From Haliotis rubra (Eukaryota): a stretch of DNA of 64,000 nt. The DNA is taken from contig NW_025765514.1 in NCBI RefSeq assembly GCF_003918875.1, positions 620,001-684,000 on the forward strand, in the 5' to 3' direction. The notes below the pieces were generated by a model. The model was not told the DNA's origin. It made no database searches and worked only from the letters and a program-made list of their open reading frames with translations. Positions 1 through 12,000 of the stretch are shown here, in pieces (the first letter of the stretch is position 1; the number at the start of each line of letters is the position of its first letter). The position numbers and the translations under genes were made by a program.

Positions 1-3000
1 GCGCTGTAGCTCATACTCCACTCGCTGGAAGTCAGCAGCCTTCATTGGCTTGTCTTTACTGGAGCGCTTCTTGCCACTGGAATCATCACTGTTAGCTGAA
101 AGATACACAGGGACACCCACCAGAAGGTTAATAACACATACATAGTGACACTTTCAATGTTAATATGTATCTCTTCAGAGTAAACTTATTATTTTTACTG
201 ATGCTGCTGCTTAATGCTGATGTGACCAATAATTTGGACCCATTATGTAGTGGAGCCTTGCTTCCAGAACTAAGACATCTGGAAACTTCTGGAACATCCA
301 ACCGGATGACATTTATATATACAACATAAAATGCTTCATTTATCCAGATATCTGGTTTCCAGACTACCAACTGTGCAAATACCCACCACGATTTGACTGC
401 ATTGACTTTATCATTGCTAACCTATAACTGAGTGTTGGAATAAAATTTAGTGAATATTCACTGTGTGGTCATGTACTGCTTAAACAATTCATTCCATTGC
501 AAACCTCTGCATTTCAATTTGGATATCACCTCACAACACTGCGAGGACACAGAGCCAAAGAAAGTGGGGCTATCATCGTCACTAACCTGGGGAGGCAAGC
601 CCGCTGAATATCTCCAGAATCCCATGGAGCTGTCTGGGGGATAACAACAAGTGAAGGGCTCCAAGCTGACAGTCAAGTTCAAGCTGAAATAACAATCATT
701 AATTCAGCTGGAATGTGATAATGTGAAAGATGACAACTTGAACAGAACTAAAGACACTGTGAATCAAGCGTGACAAGATGCAACAGAAGAGGAATTCCAA
801 GAACATTTTCCCTGATCTGCAAAGTATTCAGAGCCTGATGACCATTTGTGATTCTACAGTTTGTCATAGGTTCAGGAATGAACACTTTGTGGATCTGCAC
901 CTTGTCCTCTAAGGCTCCACTGCTCCACTGGGACCCCATTAATCCTGATGATAGCACTCTGTGTGATTACAAATTACAATTACAAATGATAGGTACAAAG
1001 TAATCTTTTCAGCAGCAATATTCAGAATGGTGCAATTTCCTGCTAAACAAAATCCACACCAGCAAGGTTTTAGTGTACACACAGAACATCACAGATGTTA
1101 CTCTATGAGTGATACCTTTGGTCCAGGTAGTGTGTCCACTTGTTTCAGCTTGGCCTTGAGTTCCTGTCTGCCGGAGAAGACTGCCACCTGAATGGGCTGA
1201 GATCCAGACACAAGGGATGCTCCAAGCGACTTGGGCTGTGTGGTGATGCTGTGGCTGATCAAATTCTCCGCTGTGCTCTTGTACATTGAACTCACTGTAG
1301 AGTCGTACAGCTAAAATATGAAATAACATTGACAATTACCATGCGAACAACTGAAAGTAATGAGATTTACCACATTTCAAATATTTGTAATTTTCTGTGT
1401 AACACATCCTCGATAATCTCCAGGGTATATGTTACGATAACTCTCCACTATACCCTGGATGCATCCACGGTTTGGGGGGCGATGAGTTTATTACCTCCCT
1501 TGGCTGGCTTTTTATCCAATCAGGTGCCTATGCAGAGAAGTTGAGCGTACCAATCACTACTCACTTTCGCTTCTTAAATTTTCTAACCGTTTAAATTTGG
1601 CAACACAATTGATGCAGAGGTACTCTGAAAGAAGTAGAAGCTCTTTCATATATTTTTTTAAAGTTTCAGATCTGTGAATTTGTCATTATTATTTCACCAA
1701 AAATCTGAGTGGCACTGCGAACAAACCTTCTTGACTGAGACCGCTATCTTTAACACTGGCAAGCTCTGTTGTTACGGCGGCTTAGCTGATTGGCTACTGT
1801 GAGAATGTGGAGCCAGCCAAGGGAGGTAATAAAATCATCGCCCCCAAGCCGTGGATGCATCCAGGGTATAGTGGAGAGTTATCCTAATCCTGGAGATTAT
1901 CGAGGATGTGTGTAACAATGCAGTGCCAAACACGCTTTGAATATTTCACAACTGCAACTTTCCATTTTAGAAACTACAATTAATGTCAATCTAAGCAATT
2001 GGAATATGATGACAAGTTGCAAGGGTGACCACCCGATCCTGTTAGCCACCTCTTACAACAAGCATGGGTTGCTGAAGACCAATTCTAACACGGATCTTCA
2101 TGTGTACCAATAAATAAGAGCTTCCATGAAGATGCAATCTTGTTAAAATAGATCTTAGTGTTCTCTACTGGTACACAAATATCTGACGACATCACAAGAT
2201 CACATGACTGGTAGTGAAAGAAAGATCCTTCATCAATCAGACTATCACTTATGAAGTCACAAGATCGAAAGTCTAAATGTGTTTTGTAATAATGAAACCT
2301 TGTAAAGCTTAATTCAGGACATTTTCAACAACAGTCAAAGGTTGTAAGAATGATCCTAAATGCTAAAATGCCTCTGCCCTTCCCTTCCATGGCATTAACA
2401 GTTGAAAAGGAAAAGAGTTTTCCACCGTCAAATCTTGAACACCTATTATTAGACAGTCTAGCATTTCCTTTCTTCATTTTGACACATCATTGTATCCCAA
2501 TTGTGTAGATCGATGCTCATGCTGTTGATCACTGGATTGTCTGGTCCAAACTCCATTATTTACAGTCCGCGCCATATAGCTGGAATATAGCTGGGCATAA
2601 AAATAAACTAACTCATTCACTTTCTTCATGTTGCAAATTTTGAATAAAAATATTATGTCATTGCCTAGTCAGTAATAAAAGTTGCCACTTTGATACATGT
2701 TCCCCTAATCTTGAAAATCTGCTTCATGACTGGCTAATAGAATTGCATAATGCCTTTTCAGGAATTTGTTTTACAAAGCAGAGCCACTGATACATCAGAG
2801 AGATACAAAACATATTTAGTACATAAATTCATTGATTTAGGTATCTTACATTTGTTTTAAAAGAGATATGGTACTTGAATAAATCATATTTAATTGATAT
2901 ATAATTGATAATGTCAACATTATCAATGGAATGTTGTTATATCGCTGACTACTGCTTCTCACAACACTCGTTCACCATATACATTTGTTTGTATGTCTTG

Positions 3001-6000
3001 ACTTACTCTTGGTGACAGCTCAGGCGAAGTCTGGTCCTTGGTGCTGGCTGGGATCTCTGAAGAACTCATCAAAGAACAGCGACACCCCCATAACGTGGAT
3101 GTTCTTGTGAGCAATACCAGCTGGCTCTGACAAACCTCCCAAAGGATTGTCCACAGGACTACCATCCTGCTCAGTGGCAATGTCATCAAAATATTCCATC
3201 CTGAAAACAGACAAGGGAGACACTCAATCCAGTAAAATGAAAGCACACCTACAAGGATGTATTTTGAGTTATTTGACAAAAAGCATAATCGTCTGTTCCA
3301 GAATGTCCAAACTTCACAAAATTTGGCACAAAGTTCATGCAGCAAGTAGGGCTTCTTTTAACTTCCATGAATCACGCTGGCATCATTGTAACAAGTTTAT
3401 TACGTAAACAACTTAACAAACATCATGTCGACACCACAAAGCAGCTATATACATATTCACTGGTAATGCGGAACGGTGGGGTAGTCTAACGGTCAAAGCA
3501 TCCACTTGTCATGCTGACGAACCGGGTTCGATTCCCCACATGGGTACAATGCGTGAAGCCTTTATTTGGTGTCCCCCGCCGTGATGTTACTGGAATATTG
3601 CTAAAAGCGGCATAAAACCATACTCAGTCAATCATTCACTGGTAACGAAGGCATGTAGTGACAATGTATTGACGTTGATCAGAATGTGATACAGAAATAA
3701 AACTGCCTATTTAGTTATTGCCAGGATCAGTAAACAAGGCTGCCATATTTCTGGTTTTCAAGTACATGCAAACTACAGCATACCTTTCAACCTTGAGCTC
3801 CAGAGCTACTCCTCTGTCTGCTCCCTTGTGGAGATGCTCTAACCGGATGGTGGTGTCTACAAAGGACATCTTTATCCTGGACAGCACTGGAACATACAAA
3901 CATCTACATGAACCACTAATATAGTACCTAGTGATACGACCGCCTCCGTGGTGTAGTGGTTAGAGCATCCGCCCGGAGAGCGGAAGGTCGCGGGTTCGAT
4001 CCCCGACTGCTTCATACCAAAAGACGTTAAAATATGGTACTTGTTGGTTCCTGCCTGGCGTTCGGCATTAATGGGTACAACAAGGACTGGTCGGCTCAGA
4101 GTCAGTATAATGTGTCTGAGTGGGGTATTCATGCTTCACTGCGGCATGGTATCTCAGTGGGCTAGCACTATAAAACCAGCTTCAGTCTAGGCTAGTACAA
4201 GCAGCCGCATACACATACACATACACACGCATGCACGTCGTCATATGAGCGAAATATTCTCAAGCATGACGTTAAACCCAATTCCATTCCACCACCACCA
4301 CCACCACCCAGTGATACAGTCGGGCTAGCTATGCCTCAAAGTTACTTGCCCACAAAATAATTCACTAGTCCGAAATTTGAATGTAGACATGGGTTTCATA
4401 ATTCAGCAGCTAATATGATAAATATTTTTATCGAGCCATAATACTGGACGATTTAAAATTGTGTTATTACTTAACAAGTCGGAGAGAGTGATATATTTAC
4501 AAACTGACCCCATGAAAATTCACTAGCCAGTCAGGCAAGTGACAGTGGAGATTTACTGGCCTGACTGGATATTTACTGGCCACGGGCTAGAGGGCTAGTG
4601 GCTATTTCACACATTGATGTTTTTGTAGTATGTCATTTTCAATCAGACATCAATAATATGACTTAACAAATACCATATTTTTTAATATCAAAAACAACAT
4701 AACTACTCTTTCTACTGAATGTTTATGCATCGGTGCACAAAATAAAACTGTGAATATAATCACATGTAGAGTGTACCTACTCCATCATGTTGATACCATG
4801 ACATGCACTACCAATGACTTGCACTACCAATGACATTTATGAACTTTGAATGACCAACAAAATGACTAACAGGAAGTTAACATTAGCCAATCAGAAATCA
4901 GTACTATTTCAAGATTCAGCATGTTTGGGGCATTTGTTTCAAACTGTTTACAAAGTCCAAATAAACAGTTACTTGAGTGTCCGGATTTGTTGACTCTAAT
5001 TGAACATGTGAAGTTTTAGGCCAACTTGACCCTGAAGGTTAAATCATATTTCATGTAACCTCAGGAAATCTTGGCCTTCAATAGAGGTAAAAGAATATCA
5101 TAAGGGACCGTTCATAATTTATGGTCAGAGGGAGAAATGATCATGATGATGACTTTTATGAAGAAGCATGTACAATGTGAATGACTCCCCAAATAATTTA
5201 TGTACAAAGAAAGTTAAGCTCTGCATATCAAGCACATAATCAATGAGAACCCCTTCCCATAATTTTAAGCATACTGTTTTAATAGTTTTATTGACAAATT
5301 AAAACACACACACACACCCATCCCTCCCTCCCCTTCCCTCCAAGTACATTTGTACAAATTGATGATGCCCTACCTCCTCAGAACAAAATGGGTGATCCCC
5401 CCTTAAAATCACCATCACCCCCTTTGCCATAAATTATGAATGGTCCCTTTTGAGAAGATCCAACATAAAATACTCAACATATTGCTAATACAAGACTTTC
5501 ATCACACTATTCACAGTGAGCAATGATGAAAGTGACATTCACAGTCATACTGATAACACAAAAGAACATTTTTATTTGCAAGCTTAATTGGTGCAACAAA
5601 TATGGAGTGTACACACATTATTGCAAACAATTTTGATATTGAATTACACACATTATTTCACGAGAGTGCCATTAACACAATAAAAGTGACCTAGACATCT
5701 GACTGACAGACAAAACACTACACATATGGCAGTTGTGGATTCAGCTATCTATACATGTGTACTTATTTTCACCGTTTTCAATGCAGTTACTGATATTTGC
5801 TGTTATTCTCATTGCATAATGAGGCACTCAACTGTACTGAAGCATTAGACTTAAGACAGTGGTTTGTAACAGGTGTTAAGAAAATAATTTTAGAGCCACT
5901 TGCCACAGGGCATGTGACTTGAAGAAAGTAACTTGTCCTGAGTAATTTTCCACTTGCCCAGATGTTTATGACATCATCATGATGATGTAATTATTAAAGA

Positions 6001-9000
6001 ATGAACCAACATGGTATTTGATGTTAATGTTTACTGGAATATTTATCGAGGAGTGATAAATAGCAAAGAAAGATAACTCTAGTTTATCATCATTGCGAAA
6101 ATTTCTTCATTTCGTCAAATTTTAATAGCTACATTTTGAGCAGATATGAAATGAAATCCAAGTTTATTTGCAGTTTGAAACCGAAAGCAGAAATTATCTA
6201 GTAGCCTACGGACAATTAAGATACCATTATTTGATCACCCGAAATGAAAACTGACTTGTCCCGGGCGTAAGGCGATGGATGTTTTGAACCCCTGTGTAAG
6301 TAATCCAATCTGGACAAGACAAAACCGACCGCCTCCGTGGTGTAGTGGTTAGAGCGTCTGCCCGGAGAGCGGAAAGTCGCAGGTTCAATCCCAGACCGCA
6401 TCATACCAAAAGACGTTAAACTATGGTACTTGTTGGTCCCTGCCTGGCGCTCGGCATTAATGGGTACAACAAGGACTGGTCGGCTCGGAGTCAGTATAAT
6501 GTGTCTGAGTGGGGTATTCATGCTTCACTGCGGCATGGTATCTCAGTGGGTTAGCACTATAAAACCAGCTTAAGTCTGGGCTAGTACAAGCAGCCACACA
6601 TACACATACCCACGCATGCACGTCGTCATATGAGCGAAATATTCTCAAGCACGACATAAAACCCAATTTCACCTCACCTCACCTCACCAGACAAAACCAA
6701 TGACTGATATCATGAGCAGCAATCCATATTTGGTATAACTATGACAGCCACAAACAATGTCACTAAGTCTGGCCAACAAATCCAGGGCCCAGTTTCACAA
6801 AGCTATCGTAGCGCTACAACTGTCGTAAGTTTATGTTAAAGTATGGGAGTTACGACAGTCGTAGCGGTACGATAGCTTTGTGAAACGGTCCCCAGGATGT
6901 TGAATCTGATGTTGTTGGGAACCAGTTTAACCCTGAATCCCCTTGGCGTCCACTTACCTGCATCAATGGTCTGGGCAAACATCTGGACTCCCTCAAACCC
7001 TGTGGTTTCTTCAGATGCTTCTTCTGTGAGCTTCTCAGACTTGAGGACTTCCTGAGCCAGCTGCATGCTGGATGTCATGTGCATGCTGTTCAACATGGAG
7101 AGTGTGTCCAGGCTGTCTCCTTCAAATACATCACAGAGTTTTACATACCAATATTTCAATGTTATTACGACAGGGTTAGGACTTAACACTAGCTAGCTAG
7201 CCAGGGCTTCCACAAATTCATCTAGGCTGGTACAAATTTCCAGACTTCCCTGCTGTTTTAAAATTACATGGGCATTTTACTTAGGAGATCAACATATTTG
7301 AATCTAGGTCTAATCCTACTATGGTGACATGAATAATTGAATCTGGGCCAGACATTGGCAACAGAATCCCATCCTCTTATGACAAGTACTAGCACAGGGT
7401 AGCCATGCTTACCCAGAACACCAACTGGTAGTCTGTCAGACAGACCCTGAAACAAATATATCCAAGAAATCCCATTTACCGGTAAGTCTAGAATATGTGG
7501 CAAGTCTACATAACCACAGTTTCAGGAAACTGAAGAAAGTCTCTGGGCTCCATTTCATTTCAATTTATGATTATTAATTATTAACTTTTTTTTCTGGAAA
7601 ATATGTCCATTTCAAAGACTTGATGTTAAACTAACAAACTGGTTTCAGACAGATAACCATGACTATAATGCTCTGAGAAGGGAGTTATTATGTGTTGTAT
7701 GTGACATGGATCTTGAGCAATGGTTTCGTCAGTAGTTAATGTAGTCACAAAGAAATAGTACAAATCACACTCATTATGTTTGACTGGATTAAGGACAAGA
7801 TGTTTAGATTGACTTCAGGCCAGGTAACAATATTAACTTGTCCAGGTAAGGAGGGAGAGTACTAATATTTTTTTTCAGTAGATTACACATTTTCACACAC
7901 GTTAAAAGTAAACTTGATATCAATATATCAAGTGATCTCTTTTGGGCCATATGGGTGGTGGGGTAGCCTAGTGGTTAAAGCGTTCGCTCATCATGCCGAA
8001 GACCTGGGTACAAAGTGTGAAGCCCATTTCTGGTGTCCTTTGCCATGATGTTGCTGGAATATTGCTAAAAGCAGCATCAAACTAAACTCACTCACTCACT
8101 CTCTTGGGTCATACTATACACCTCAAGGCTTTAAATGCAAACAGAAAGGGCCTGAGGACATGGTGGATAATGCTGGCTTCCAGAGGATATATGAGCCACA
8201 ATAAATGGATGGGTGATAGCACACACCTGAGATCACGAGAAATATGAAATTTCAAATTAAAAGTTCTATGTTACTAGAGTTTAAAACGGAGAAATACAAT
8301 CAGGGGTTTCAGTACTGATGAATTCAGCTTATAACAAGACATTACTCAATGAACACATTCCTCATCTGTTTGAGTATGATAAATACACTGAAGAGATGGA
8401 GAAAGTCTGTAGGTTTGTGTTAAGGCCACTGGTATATATATACAGTAATGGCTTTGAAAAACAAAATATATAGAACAATCAGCAAATTACCATATTTCCC
8501 TTGTTAGCCAACAAGCGTCAATAAATTTACAGACTGTCTACTGTTAGAGGTGCTGTATTCTGCTTAATACTAGAACAGTGATGATGGTCTATCTTACACA
8601 ATCCCAAATCATATCAGCAGTAATAGATGCTGGAAGTGAATGGGAGTAATCATTACATGTCATAAGGTCATGTGATTTTGTCAAATGATGGACCCAGGTT
8701 CTATTACAGACCGAAGTTGAATAAAGACCCAGTTTCTAACTTTTGGACAGAGCACATGGCCTGTGCCCACTTGCACAAAGCGACTGTATAGCTAAGACTG
8801 TCCTATGTCTGTGTTAGAGAATGGGAGTTACGATCATCATAGCGCTAAGGCTGCTTTGTGCAAGTGGGCCCAGGTGTCAACTGGAGGAGGATGTGTACTG
8901 GCGACCCGGCATCAAATAGAGGAAATACGGTATGTTTCAGCAGCTGGCACCTTAACAGTAACTACTAAAACTCTCAAAAGGCAAGGTCATTACCACTATC

Positions 9001-12000
9001 ATCCCATTGTTTGGGTTGTATTGTGAGCTCCAGGCCAGTGACCTCAACTGTGGTGCTGTCCGTCAGCAGCGAAGTCCATGGAATAGAGACCGAGATACTG
9101 CCAATAAATCCATCCACGATCTCAAGGGGGATGTTAACACTCTCCAATGCCTCGTTGAGTGCCTGTCATAAAAAAATGTCATTACTACTAAGAACAGCTA
9201 GACACTCGAAACTTCAAATAAAACTGCATTGTCAGCAGTTTCTCCTCAATAATGTCAGATGTCATTATTTATACATACGTTTGAGTACCATGAGTCATAG
9301 CTATTGCCATGTCCTCGCTATCCTTGGAATTAACAGAGATGGACACAAATTGGATAAAAAAGTTACATTATTTTCAACCACAAACTGTTGTGTTTTAGCA
9401 GTCCAGTACTTTAAGACTATATTGTGATGAATGAAATACAGCAATGTAGGTAAGAAATGCAGATTCAAAGACAAATCATCTAAAAAGAGTGTCATACATC
9501 TAACAAATTGTGAATTTATTCCCCTTTTCAACCTGTCACATACTGCATACAGCAAGCTTGAGACAGTATCACTGCAATGTTATTTAAACTATGATGTCAC
9601 AGCAGTGTCACCCTGAGTTGTGATGTCATAGCCATATAACATCATCATGCAATGAGAGGTGCATGTTTGAAATTGAAATGGGAAATTTGGTAAATTGAGG
9701 GACATGGAAAACATGTTTTCATCCATTTGCTAAAAGATATGAACACAAACACTAAGAAATTATGAAGTTTGTTCTTGATGAACATTATGTCCATTTGGGA
9801 TTCCAATATTATGGCAGGTGTAACAATCTGATACACCAATAGGGCTGAATCACTGTCAGATCAATAGAGATGGGCCATTATTGAAGGCCAAACCATTTGA
9901 GAGAAATTACTACCATAATGGCTTGAACCATTCCAATCTATCACCCCCTTTATAGCACTACCTGGAGAGTATGACTATGCCATAAGTATCTTGTAAACAT
10001 CACAGAACTTCAGCTTCCAGCGCAGACAACTACTTAACCTTACAAGCAATGATCATTACTTCACTGCAGACAGCATACTGTCCAGCTTAACTACTGGCTG
10101 AAGTGGGTAGTTTGTGGAAGGTGGATCTATTAAACATTGTAATGAAGTCTTTTACACTTTGCTACTGGTAGACATAATGCATTCTTGTTTACATGAATCA
10201 CTATACATGTATAGGAAGGAGACTGGCTGATCAGAAATCAATTTGAATCCTCACTTCAATAAACATTCATGGCCACATCAATAAATACTTTATATCTGTG
10301 ACAAAATTGTTTGTGTCTACTTGTCTGATAGCCTGAACATGGCTCTTAGTAACATTTTCTACAGATATCAGTGCTATTATATGGGTGGATAATATACATG
10401 ATAGAAGAGTGTTAATGGAAGTAAGAAGTAACACAATATATACTGACACACATTGAAAACGCAAAACCAAATTCAAATGAGGAAAACTTAACAAACAACA
10501 ACACTTGGATAAAAATTGTTCTACAAATATGTTGAGAATTTCATTGTGCTTCATTTTCATAAAAAATGATTGCAAGAGTTCTGCCAATATGACTGACACG
10601 TCAAGCATCACACACAGACCCCCCTTACGTCCGTCAGTAGCGAGTGTGACCTCCCTGAGCCTGTACACATGCACGGAGTCGATGTGGCACCGGATTAAGC
10701 ACAAACGTCGAACAGGTGCTTTGGGGATGTTCTGCCACTACTGTTGTAAAGCCAGGGTCAACTCAGCAACGCTTGTTTGGCTGGCGTTGACGTTGCCATT
10801 GATGAATCCGGCGACCAAGCTCATGTTCATGTTGCTGCCTGTAGATGCATTGTCTGCCATCTGCAAATGACACACAGAACCTGGACCCATTGAAAAACAC
10901 CCACTGGTTGGTGATTCATGGTGGTTGGAGGCTATGTTGCTGTGCAAAAGGAGTCTGTTGACTTCGATGGCGTTCGCGTAATGGCGTTTCCCGATATGGC
11001 CCCTTAGTGCCACAGCCTGCAGACATCAAATGACTGTCACAGCGCTGATGTGGCGTCCTTTACGTCCTACGGTGTTTCGAGGTGAGTTTGCTGCTGTCTG
11101 AAAGCGGTTTCTTTGGTGAACTCGTCGGATGTGCCGTCGTGACCGGAGTTTGTCCTGGTAAGGGACAGTCACGGACGCTTCCAGTTTGCTGATGACGATT
11201 TTGGAGTCTGTTGATGGTGGATGGGCTCAATCCGAAGTGGTGGGTGACCTCATTTTGTGATGTTCCCACCAACAGCATCCCGATAGCTTGTTCCCTCTGC
11301 TGTTCACTGAGCCGTGGCATTGTGTGACTGCTAGTGAAACGGTTGAACCATAGTGCCTTTTATGCGTCCAAAACCTGGCTTTGCATGTGTATATCATGAT
11401 CATCATGCACCCCAACAGGTCCAAGGAATATGCCAGAGTTGTGTTTTCATGAACTGTACCCATGCCAGAAACACGAAAAGGGTTCGAACCCAGATGTGCA
11501 TATGGTTTTATTCGGCAACCTCACATCACTATATCTTCGTGTGGTAAATGAAATTGCTTCACAAAACTTTGTTAGAAATTGCCAAAATGGGTTTTGTGTT
11601 TTCAATGTGTGTCAGTATATGTTTCATGTAAAAAAAGGAACAAAATAAGAAAGAAAGGACAGAAATGATAGAATGACTTGATAATGACTTTAATATCGAT
11701 TTCAGATTGTTAGAACAATTATACATGAAACTGAAGACATGAGAAAACATAAAATGGAAGGTATTTTTATAAGATCAAGATGGATTTAAGGTGGAGAAAA
11801 AGTAACAAGGTATTTTTGTTGTATGAAAAGAGAAATATTTTGTATGCAAAGTAATAACTCATATCAAAAAGCCAAATGGAGTTGTTTTCACTGAGGAGGG
11901 TGACATTACTGAAGAAACAAAAATCTTCCATGAGTATTTATATCAATGTCATGAACAAGAAGTACACCACAGTTATGATTTGAACAGTTTATTGTCTGGT

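Noticed and set aside
3938-4010. tRNA genes at SINE heads (families A and B)
   Set aside because: A and B boxes are present, but the acceptor stem does not close and each head continues into a shared SINE body with TSDs.
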